Assembly (NCBI GenBank): GCA_003971905.1
Contig: RSEE01000131.1
Coordinates: forward strand, 124,001-157,761
Source: Moniliella sp. 'wahieum'
Taxonomy: Eukaryota
Direction: 5' to 3'
Length of the DNA stretch: 33,761 nt
Under the pieces are notes generated by a model. The model was not told the origin of the DNA. It did not search any database and saw nothing but the letters and a program-made list of their open reading frames with translations. The position numbers and the translations under genes were made by a program. This document shows, piece after piece, positions 10,501-20,659 of the stretch (within the stretch, counting starts at the first letter, position 1; each line of letters starts with the position of its first letter).

Positions 10501-13339
10501 CAGATGAATCGGGCGCAGCAGCGGGTCCTGCAGCCCCGTCCCAACTCACCTCCACCTCCGAAGTCGGTGCACCCGCACTGCCACCCGCACCGGCACCGGC
10601 ACTGGTACTGGTACTGGTACTGGTACTGGGACCGGCACCGCCCGACCCCACACGCCGAGCACTCCATCCTTCCCGTGCCTTGACCGTCCAGTTGGTACGC
10701 ATCTTGCTCAACTGTGCCGCCGTGTCTGAAGCCTGGAACGCTTCGGCGTACCGTTCGGTCACGCGCGTTAGGGCTTCCGCCCCGGCTGCCGCGGCGGTCT
10801 GCACGCTAAACCCGCTTTCCGCGGGAGGCGGAGACACAGTTTCACGGTCTGCCGCAGCCGTAGTGGGGGGAACAGATGCGCTAGCGGACACGGGATGTGC
10901 CGCGCCCAAGGTCCTGCGGCGTCGGGCCCAGACGCAGGCCCTTCCTCCGCCGCACCAGAAGCAGAAGCAGAAGTAGGTGCAGGTGCAGCAGCCAAGCTAG
11001 TTGACGCGGACCGATGACGGGCAGGGTTACGCCACGCTTGGTACAACGCCGCAGCGCGCTTGGACAACGCAGCTCCACCCGCACTGCCCATGCCCATGTT
11101 GGTGCCCCAGCCGGCGCCCGACGCGGCAGAGAGGGAAGAAAGGTCGTGCTCGTACGCTGGACGGTCGCCCGTCAAAGGCGCCGACAGACGCCGTTGACGG
11201 TACACCAGTGCGAGCTCCATAGCCGGCCCAATGTCTTGGTCCGGGTAGTGCTGTAGCAGCGATAAGAGTCGTCCAAATGCCGCGGCTTGCCCGGCGGGGG
11301 AACGTGCGCGGCCTCTACGGTCCCAGTCCTGGTCGGCGTCCTGGTCCTGCTCCTGGTCGTGGTGATGGTGATGGTGATGGTGGTCCCAAGTATCGTCGTC
11401 TAGGTCGTCTTCGACGTGCGGCGCGGCGGCAGCCAAGATCGACCCCCGGAGACGGACTAGGAGCGCACAGCAGACGTCGATTAACATGTCCACTTTGGCG
11501 CTCATCGTGCATCCACTCACGCTCGCGTCCGACAGCCCCTGCTCAGCCAAGAGCACATCCCATACCCGCAGCACCGACGGAAGCGAAAGTTCCGTGCTGA
11601 GCAAACACGCGATCCAGCGGAAGGAAAGTACGGCAGTTGCGGGTCCAAGTGGTTGGTGTGCTACCCCGATGAAAACCAAACCAAACCAAACAAACCCCAA
11701 ACCGAAACCAATCCAAACAAACAAACCAAACCAAACAAGAGAAAACGTTAGAGATGGCCAAAACCAACAAACCAAGTCCCAGTCCCAGTCCCAGGACCAG
11801 TTCCAGTCCCAGTCCAAGTCCAAGCAGGGGGCAAGCAGAACCCAGAAGAAAACTTACCAAAACGGCCCACAAATCCGGATCGATCCAGTGCAAGCGATAA
11901 CTAAACGAGCGCAACACCGCCGCCATCCCACTGGCCTGCATCACGCCTGTCCCTGCCCCCGACGCAACCCCCGCTTCGGATTCGCCTCCAGGCCCCAGCG
12001 ACACGGGACGCACCAACGACCATCCCGCCGCGACGCGGTCCAGTCCATCAAACGTGTACAAATCCCGAATGTCGCCCAACAGCGCGGAAAAGCACCAGAA
12101 CGCATCGGCTTCCGCATGCTTCGACGCACATCCTACCGTTGCAGCTTCCGCGTCCAGGTCCGCACCGTCTTCCCCCACCGATGCACCCACAGACACGGGA
12201 ACAGACACGGCGCCGGCGCCGGGAGCCGGCATGCTCATGTTCACGTTCACGTTCACGTACAAAGGTCCTCGCGGCGGCGACGCATGCCCAAACACGTAGA
12301 GAAGCACAAACGCAATCTCATTCATGCCTTGGATGTACCCAAGACCGGGATTGAGCAGGGCGTAGATGTACAGCAGACGCAGGAGCGAGTGCCACTGCGG
12401 CTCGGTCTCCACGGGACTGGCAGCAGGACCAGAGGTGGGACCAGAGGTGGGACCTGCACCGGAAGCAGAGGCGGAGGAAGAGCTCGGACGACGTACATGC
12501 ACATGGTCCATGCGGTAGTCGGGACTGATGGATTCGAGCCGCGTGAGCAGGTTGTGTCGTCCAGGCAGGCGGGGAACGGGGCGTGGGGTCTGCGAGGCGG
12601 AGGCGGAGGCAGAGGCGGAGGTCGAGGTCGAGCCAGCAGGAGCGGACGAGGGTGATGAAGAGGCGGGGGGAAGCGGTAGAAGTAGAGGTAGAGGGGCTGA
12701 GACGGGGAGGGGGGCTATGGGCGAGGAGAAGGAGGCGGGCACAGGGGCGTGGTAGAAGGCAAGGTTGTTCTGCTTGGAGCGGCGCAGGTCCTTGTACAGC
12801 TGGTCGAGCAGCACGTCGCGCGGCGTAAATGCGTCCGAGGGGATGGAGTCTGTGCCCGCCTCGGGGGCGGGGAGCAGCGCGAGCGGGAGAAAGTCTTGCA
12901 GGAATTGCTGGCGAAAGCGAGAGACACGCGTCAGTAAACAACACACGAAAAAGCAAGAGACGCAAGAACACAATCCAATCAAGCGATCAAGCAAGAAACG
13001 CAAAAGGAAGAGGAACGCGAGCGGGGACACACATAGTACTCCTGTCGACGGGCATGGAGGGTCGAGGGCCAATCCCGCTTCTCGGTGGGCAGGTAGAGCA
13101 GCAGCGCCTTCCACGCCTGAGCGCGCAGCCAGCCCGGCTGGTCCGGCACGCCCTGCAGACACAGCTGCCGCAGCGAGTAGAGGTTCACCACCGCCTGCCC
13201 GGGCAGCAGACTGGCGCCGTCCAGCAGCGCGGCGAACCCGGCCGAGCGCTGGGCTGCGGCGCTGGCGGGGGCGGACGCCGCGGCGGCAGGGCGGGTGGTG
13301 CGCGGGCGGCGGCGAGCCCGGCAGCGTCGTCGGTGGCAT
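7509..13339 (-). CDS. TBC-domain Rab GTPase-activating protein (TBC1D13-like) with a ~1,200-aa low-complexity C-terminal tail
   Basis: Motifs LRQLCLQGVPDQPGWLRAQAWKALLLYLP, QLYKDLRR (R-finger), YALLNPGLGYIQGMNEI (Q-finger), EADAFWCF and FRWIACLLSTELSLPSVLRVWDVL. Introns at 12908-13032 and 11661-11857. Overlapping minus-strand S/P/A-rich ORFs continue to the stop at 7509; tail continuity is inferred. Confidence 0.85.
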
Positions 13340-13348
13340 GGCGAGCGC

Positions 13349-13393
13349 TGGTGGTGGTGGTGGTGGTGGTGGTGGTGGTGGTGGTGGTGGTGG
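13349..13393 (-). repeat. (CCA)15 tract ending 9 nt before the TBC gene ATG
   Basis: Reads (TGG)15 on the plus strand. Confidence 0.95.
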
Positions 13394-13623
13394 CGATGGT
13401 GGGGCAGCTGCGGGTGGAGAGTGCATGTGGTGTCGAAGTCCCCTGGGCAGTGTGACGGGGATGTGACGGCGACGAGATGCCCCGCCGCTGAGGTAAGCAG
13501 CCGGGCGCTGCACTGCCCTATGGAAAACTACCTCACAAGAGTACTATGGAGCCCACCCGGAGCAGGCTCCGGAGCAGGTCCAGCCCCTCCCCGCCGTCGG
13601 CTGGCTTGATGCACATGTCATGC

Positions 13624-14195
13624 TTACACAATCTTGGGCGCAATCGACGCAATCTTCGCCCACCCCTTGGCGCGCACCTCGGCAGCCACGACGCCCGTCA
13701 CACGCGACGCCAGCGGCTCCTTGCGATTGTTGATCAGCACACACGCATTGTCGTCAAACGTGATCACCCGCCCGTCCGCCCGCTGCGTCGGGAACTTGGT
13801 CCGCACAATCACTGCGTGCCGCACATCTCCACGCCGGATCTTGGTGGCTGTCGCCGACATGCTCGCTAGCTTCGCGTCCGACAGAGGTTTCGCCTTGTGC
13901 ACCACCACTACACACTCGTCGCCTGCACATCGTATGTCGTGAGTCGCGGGGGGAGGGGAGGGAACAGCAGTTAGTTACATGCATGCCCCAGCGCATACAA
14001 GAGCACAGGAGAAAAGAGACGTCAGACGTACCAATCTTGGCGCCCTTTTGGTTGCGCGGGTACTTGAGCACGTTGATCACCTCGCACACGAGCGCGCCCG
14101 AGTTGTCGATGCACTGCGGCAGGGCAGGGGGGTGTGAGTGGCAGCCACACACACGGAGGGAGCACATACGTGACCATCGACTTGAGGCGCAGCAT
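13624..14195 (-). CDS. MRPL38: Mitochondrial ribosomal protein uL14m; exons 14170-14195, 14032-14113, 13624-13922
   Basis: MLRLKSMV.CIDNSGALVCEVINV..AKIGDECVVVV..KIRRGDVRHAVIVRTK..RADGRVITFDDNACVLIN..KIASIAPKIV. Introns have GTATGT and GTACGT donors. One base appears to be missing at the first junction. Confidence 0.93.
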
Positions 14196-14420
14196 CTTGG
14201 ATGAGGGTTAGTGGGCGATGGGATGGATGGATGGATGGTGGTGGAGCGACGCTGCCCCCGACCTTCTTGCGACGCTGGCTGACGTCAGCCGCACCCCGTC
14301 CCCCTCCCAACCCTAGCGCCCCGGGCACAACCCTACTCCCCAAAGGGGGCTTACCCCCGCGGCGATAACGCCCCCCCCCCCCCACAGTGTGGCCTGCGCA
14401 TCGCGGCGGCGGCCACGCAG
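14196..14420. promoter_or_regulatory. Short bidirectional promoter between uL14m and the J-protein gene
   Basis: About 225 bp between divergent ATGs. Contains palindrome GCTGACGTCAGC (14278-14289), CAACCCTAGCGCC (14308-14320) and CAACCCTACT (14328-14337). Confidence 0.6.
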
Positions 14421-16043
14421 ATGGGCGCGACGGCCATCAGCATGCTGGTGCGCATCCTCCCGACGAGCGTGCGGCCGTGTGTGCGTGTGTGCGCGCCGCG
14501 CCTCGCGTGTGCGCGCTCCACCGCCTCCTCTTCCTCTTCCTCTTCCTCCGCCACCGCCCACCGCCCACCTGCCACCGACGACGCCCACCAACCAGACGCA
14601 CACGAACCAGACGCCGACGCCGACGCCGCCGCACTCGCGCTGCAGCACTCGCTCTGGGCCCAGTCGGCGCACGAGCACGAGCAGGAGCACGAGAAGCACA
14701 CGCAGGACGAGGTGGAGCACGACTGGCTCAGCCGCTGGACCGACGGGAAGGCCTCTGCGCGTCCTCTCCCTCCCGCCCGGCCTCACGTTGCCCCGGCGCG
14801 GACTGTGCACCAGTGCGCGTGTGAGTGCGCACGTGGCCCAGGCGCAGGACCACCACCACCACCACACAGAAGGGGAAGGGGGACCAGAAGAAGGACGCAA
14901 GGCCTGACATCCGGTTCCCATCGCACGCCAACCCGACCCCGTACCAGATCTTCTCCCTCCCCCCAACGGCTGCCGCGCGCGAGATCAAAGCACGGTACTA
15001 CCTCTTGTGCAAGCAACTTCACCCGGACCTTGCCCGTTCCTCCTCGTCCTCTCCCGACCCGCTGCGCGAGGCCCAGTTCCGCACCCTCGTCACGGCCTAC
15101 GAGCTGCTCTCCGACCCCCAGCGTAGACGCATGTACGACCGTTACCGTCTCGGCTGGACCGACCCGTCGTCTTCCTCTTCTCTTCGGGGTCGGCGTCGGC
15201 GGCAGCAGCGTACGCACAGAGAACCCCGCGATCTCAACCGTGGGGCCGTGGACCGTCCGCTGACGAGGACTATAACTTCCATTTCCACCACCGGCCTTCG
15301 CCGGGGGGAAGCTACGGCCCGAGCGCATCGGAAATGCGCTGGGCTAACACCAAGTTCGCCATGGGCGTGGTGGGATTGTGTGGCGTAGGTGGTGGATGGG
15401 TGTACGTGGTGATCGAGTCGTATGTCGCTGCACGATCGGACCAGTTGCACGCTACCGCTGCCCAGTCCTTCGCGCTCGATTGGAAGCTGCCTCCCCTGAG
15501 GGACAGACGCGTATGCAGCAGCTCCGCCACCGCGCTTATCTTCTTCGTCATCCCCACGAATCTCAGGAGGAGATGGATTCGCACTCTCCCCCTCAGCCCC
15601 ACGATCGTGCTGAGACCCCTACCGAAAACGGTCACGGCGCACCCTTGGATCCAACGCCACCCCCGACCGAAGCAGACGCGAACTTTGCTGCCCACGCCAC
15701 GCCATGGCACGAGCAGGACCCCGCCCAAGCCCAAAGGGGAACCCAAAGGGAAACCCAAAGGGAACCGCAAGTTTCCACCTCGGCGACTTGGGCCCCACCG
15801 ACGACCGCGCACGACCTATCCTCTACTGACCCCTTGGCGTCGCGCGTGGACCTGCCGTCAGCGTCGCGCCCGTCAGCGTCGGGGGTGGATCTGTCGTCGG
15901 GGATGGATCTGTCGTCGGGGTCGGGGCTGGAAAGTGTAAGTGGAGGTGCAGCTGCGCCACCAGCTGAGTGGGACATCATGCCGCCCTCGACGCGGTTCTG
16001 CCACCGCGCGGGCGCGGGCGGGTTGTTGAAGCCTAAAACGTGA
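14421..16043 (+). CDS. Jid1-like mitochondrial DnaJ-domain protein with a C-terminal transmembrane segment; frameshifted
   Basis: FPSHANPTPYQIF..EIKARYYLLCKQLHPD..QFRTLVTAYELLSDPQRRRMYD is a J-domain with HPD. R/S-rich N-terminus. Hydrophobic FAMGVVGLCGVGGGWVYVVI. The start could be 14421 or 14442. Confidence 0.8.
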
Positions 16044-16602
16044 AGCGTACGCGGCAGGGCACCGAGCAACGAGCAGCAAGCAAGAACCAGGAAGTAGGAA
16101 GGGCAAGAGTAACACCACAACAAGAACGACAGGACCAAGAATGAGGAGCAGCGGGAGGAGGAAGAGGGCAAGTGTATCGTTGTTGTGGGTATGAGTATGG
16201 TCGTGGGGGGGACGCAGGCAGGGGTGGGCGGTGAGGCGTGCTAGACCAACGCCACGTGGAGCGTAGCAGCTACCTGGTCGGGTGGAAGTAGCTCGGTAGA
16301 ACGTACAGCCAGCCTCCACTGCGGACAGGCGCAGGCGAAGGAGGCAAAGAGTCGTAGTAGTCTCTCTCGTCTCGTCTCGTCTTGTTTCGTCGCGGGAGAG
16401 AAAGCGAGAACGCACGTCGCTGTGCGGCAGAGTGGGTGGGGTGCGCTTCGGAATGTGTTACTGTAGCGCCACATCATCCGCCTCTTGCGCTCCATGCCAG
16501 CAAGGTCGTCCGATGGAGGTTTCGGGCCGTAGTGGTGTCAGTCGCGTACGTGTGTCGCGGTAGTCTATATAGGAAAAGAACACAACTAAGGTAGGATTTG
16601 GC

Positions 16603-16642
16603 ACGTGGGACGTGCGACGTGCGACGTGCGACGTGGGACGTG
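16603..16642. repeat. Tandem 7-bp repeat (GACGTG-C/G), about 5-6 copies
   Basis: acgtggg acgtgcg acgtgcg acgtgcg acgtggg acgtgg. Confidence 0.85.
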
Positions 16643-17828
16643 GTCGGCACGCTGGACTTGCAGCTGAGTTCACCGTGCTCTTCTCTTCTTCTCCGTTCGT
16701 TTGGGCGCCAAACCCACCCGCCGACAACACGCTATTAAGTTCTACTTCGTCCAGTCGACTGTGCCGTGCGTGGCCCAACGAGGAGGTAATACCAGACCAT
16801 CCTCATCCTCATCCTCATCCTCATCCCCACGCCCGCCCCCCTTGCTACCAACTAAGTGCAAGCTAGTCTACGGCTCAGAACGCAGAACTCAGATCTCCGA
16901 TCTCAGAACTCAGAACTCAGACCGGACCAGAGCCGGGCACTGCGCCGCCTGGCAAGCAGACACAACCAACGTTGAGAACCTACTACACTATACATCGCGT
17001 ATCGTCGGCAATCCGTCCCTCTTGCTCGTGTTCGTGCTTTTGCTTATGCTTTGGCTCGCTTCGCACGGACGACCGACCGCACGCGCACGCCGCGGTGCGA
17101 AACACAGGTAGCCCCGCACGCCGTAGCATAAGTGTACGTGTAAGTGTGTGTGTAGGAGGCGGGGGGGGGGGGATACCTCGCTGGCCCTTCATGGCGGGCG
17201 CGGGCGCGGGGGAGCGTGCGTCGCATCCCCATCCCCATCCCCACTCCCACTCCCACTCCCATTTCCAATCCCATTGGCATGTGCATGGGCATTAGGATGC
17301 GCGGCGGAAGCGGGGTGGTGCCACAGCGCTGCCCGGCACAGCTCCGGGGCGATCCAAGCAAGCCCGCCGGGACAGCCGCCGTCGCTCCGCACACCGTCCC
17401 GCTCGATATCGTTCCACTGGTACAGACCCACTCACAGACCCACCCACAGACCCGCCTACAGACCCACCCCCAGACCAGCCACAGACCCGTGGGCAGGCAG
17501 GGGGCAAGCGCGACGGGGGGAGATCTTCGTCTCCCGTCGTCGGGGCAGACGAGGCGGGGGAATAGGTAGGACTGCCAGCGCGCTGCTGCGCATGCGCTGC
17601 GTGCATCGGTGGTGAGCCCATCGACGATGGGTCAGATAGGGTCCCGGGTGACCGGTGTCCGCCATGGGACGAAGACGTACCCCCCCAGGCTAAGGAGGGT
17701 ACAGGAGAGCAGGTGGGCGTGCAGGTGGTCGGTGTGGACCGTGCTGGGTCCCGTGCTGGGTCCGGTACTGGGTCCGGTACTGGGTTCGGTGCTGGGTTCG
17801 GTCGAGGTACCCTTGTGCTTGGCGGGGA

Positions 17829-19436
17829 TCACTTTACGTTTCTTGTGAACCGGATGGTCGCGATGGGCGGATGGAGGTGGGACTTGGACTTGGACTTGGA
17901 GGAGCGGGAAGGCGGGTGGGAAGAACCGAAAAGTTGAGTACAGTCGGGGCCGATGGGCGCGGCTCGGGTGGCGGCTCGGTCGGCGCAGGGCGGGCGCAGG
18001 CGCAGGCGCAGGCGTAAGGCCACCGGCGAGGGACGAGGGTATTGGCGGTGGTGGTCGTGCAGCGGGGCGAGGGAGCGGACGAGTAGGTGGACGAGAAAGA
18101 GAAGTAGGAAGAGGAGGAGGAGGAAGAGGGGGAGGAAGAGGTGGTGGTGGTGGAAGAGGCGCAACCGAGGTGGTGAACGCGGCGCCTTGAAACGTATTTT
18201 TCGCAGGGGGGTTCCACCGATCCAAAAAGGGGATGGAAGGATCACCAATGGGCTTGACAGGCATCGCACGTACCGAACTAGCCACACGCACACTCTTGCC
18301 CGCGCACGGTGAAGGATCTTGGCGCCTTTGCTCGCCCCACCACCGCCACCAGAACTCCCACTCACAGTGGCGGACCCACCTCGACGACCACGCCGCACGG
18401 GCGCATGTTCCGTGATGACCATCTTGCGTGACAGACGCTGTGCCTGCGCTTGCGCATACCGCGCCTTGAGCTTCGATCCGAGCTGGTCTAGTTCCCGCTC
18501 CCGCGCTTCCACACATACCTGCCACAGACGCCCAGTCAGCCCCACGTACACCACCACGCACAACGAACAACGAATAACGAATAATGACCGACGAGGGAGC
18601 ACGTACGGCGTACTGTTTTCGCCAACTCGATGGTCCGGTACTTCGCCCCGCTCGTACGCCTTGCGGTACTGCCCGAATTCGGTGAGCACATGTCGTTTCC
18701 AAATGTCTGCGTAGGGAGGGCAAAGGGTAAGGGAGTTAGTGGTTAGTTCGCCATGGACATGGACATGGTATCCATGGGCATCCATGGGGGTAGCATCGTG
18801 CGAGACGAGCACGAGCATCGACGTACAGTCGGTCTGAGAAAGCAGGTGCGGACTCGCAGTTTCGATCTGGTGCAGCTTATCGGGCCGCATCACTTCCAGC
18901 ACATCTTGTACCAGCGCAAATGGCATATCGCCCACGTCCTCGATCGCTGCCACGAAACCAGTCAGTATCGGCCATGCCACCCAGCAGCGCGAAAAACCAA
19001 ATGAAGAGTAGGGTAGTAGAAGCAGTCCAACGTTTAACGTACCTGCGACGTTGCGGAACAGAACTGCACACAGCCAACCAACACCAACCCCAACACCAAA
19101 ACCAGGCACACAGAACACACAGACACAGAACACGCGTCAGAACAACACTCAACACTCAACACTCAACACCCCACATTCCCCAAGAACCAACGTACTGCGT
19201 CGACACACTTCCTTGAGCGACGGCAGCCGGGGCGCACGCGATCGCCCTCTCCGAAGGGAAGACGCATACCCTCGGGTGCAGGACGCAGCTCAAACGCCTC
19301 CTCGTCCACATCGTCCTCCACACCCAGATTGTCGTCCTCGTTCCCAGCGCCCCGAGCACCCATCATGGCCTCGGGCTCGGGGACTTGAGCCAGTCCTTCA
19401 TCGGTCAGGCGGTCCGGGCGGAAAGGCAGGCAGCAT
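17829..19436 (-). CDS. ELA1: Elongin A (RNA Pol II elongation factor SIII subunit A)
   Basis: Spliced product LPSLKEVCRRILFRNVAAIEDVGDMPFALVQDVL..PDKLHQIETASPHL..TDYIWKRHVLTEF..SWRKQYA..EARERELDQLGSKLKARY (BC-box plus Elongin A domain). Four GTACGT introns: 19064-19195, 18947-19042, 18707-18826, 18519-18606. Both ends are approximate. Confidence 0.85.
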
Positions 19437-19719
19437 GCACGTTCCTGCCACCAGGAGCAAGAGCACAAGAGCACAAGAGCACAAGAGGCACAGCCGACGG
19501 CGCGAAACCAAGCGGATGGTGGTGGTGGTGGTGGTGGTCCAGCTCTCGCGGTGGCGGCGGTGGCGGTGGGGGCTACGCACCCACACTCCCTCCACCCCAG
19601 CATCGAGCATCGAGCATCAGACACTAAGAGATTGGTTTGGGCGGAATTCCCTGGCGGAGTTGCGGGTTTCGCCTTATCGAATATCGATTGTCCTCTGATC
19701 GATCGCCCGGTGGATATCT

Positions 19720-20435
19720 CCCCACCACCACCACCACCACCACCACCGTCAGCATCAGCATCAGCATCAGTATCAGGTTTCCCACCGGCACTCCTCTGCG
19801 GCGGGGCATGCCAATCCCCCATCAGTGTCGCGCCCACGACCGCATTGGTGGTTTCGACCCCCCAGACCGTGAGGCAGGAGTAGTCTCGGCACCCTCCAAT
19901 CTGTCTTATTGGTTTGTGCGTCTCGGGTGCGGCTGTCCCCATGCTTCTCATAGGGTCGTAGCGTGCCCTCCCTCGTACTGAGCCTGCCGCTCTGGCGCGT
20001 GATAAGGTCCCCATGACACGCGCGTCAATTGATCTGGGCGCCATTGCGTACGGCGCATTGGACTGGTTTGCCAATAGTAATACTATAGGTGTGTATTCGA
20101 CGGGCATTTAATGCCCACTGTAATTGTACTACGTCCGCACCACGCCTGTCGTTCGCGTGCCTGCTCCAACGGGGTATTTCCCTTGGGCAAGGGGCCGAGC
20201 AAGGCCCTCCTTCTCGTCCGGCTGGGTTCGACCTGGCCTGGAACGGTGAGCGCCGAGTATGCAAACCTGGACCTGATACGTGGAAACAGTAGGAAGTATC
20301 GTTCTTTGATGCTATAGGGAAACCGGTTCCTCTTGTTCCCTTGACGGACTGGGATACTTGCCATCGTCGTCATCCGGCACCTCTGCCCAGTTCCGACCGA
20401 GAGTAGCCCAGTCTGGTAAGTACGCCTTGTTTTTT
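19720..20435 (+). ncRNA. Candidate structured non-coding RNA of unknown family
   Basis: About 10 hand-found stems whose G-U pairs favour the plus strand, no recognisable protein, and no microsatellites between 19778 and 20415. It ends at GTAAGT (20416) and T6 (20430-20435). Confidence 0.5.
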
Positions 20436-20659
20436 GGTGCTCTGTCCGACACGCACAATTGCGGATGAGATCGGATGGAAGGCGAGGGTTATATTAAGTG
20501 CCCTGACGTAAGCACCCTAGAAGGCACAGGCGGCGCCCACCAGTCTTAGGGTTATAACTCCACACGCCTCGCCTCGCCTGGCTTGCGACCACCGTGCGTG
20601 CCTCCACCGCCATCGTCACCACCATCGCCATCGAGATTCCCACCACCACCACCACCACC

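Noticed and set aside
9601..12655. Long plus-strand ORFs (9601-10494, 9831-10976, 11486-12655)
   Set aside because: They are antisense shadows of the GC-rich TBC gene and have no motifs.
16603..16642. Tandem repeats as a CRISPR array
   Set aside because: Eukaryotic context, no unique spacers and no cas genes.
19163..20107. 314-aa minus-strand ORF as an N-terminal extension of Elongin A
   Set aside because: It runs through promoter SSRs and has no recognisable domain. Only its last part overlaps plausible exon 1.
20001..20200. RNase MRP/P P4 pairing (AAGGTCCCC with GGGGCC)
   Set aside because: The CR-I and CR-V contexts are imperfect and both halves sit within competing local hairpins. Only a covariance-model search could rescue this.
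20099..20300. SRP RNA (CTGTAAT), TPP riboswitch or hammerhead (ACCTGATAC..GGAAAC)
   Set aside because: No SRP helix-8 motif or long helix 5, no CTGAGA TPP element, and no CUGANGA hammerhead core.
20546..20554. TAACCCTAA on the minus strand as a telomerase RNA template
   Set aside because: The adjacent structured region folds better on the plus strand, no pseudoknot was seen, and similar boxes recur in other promoters in this window.
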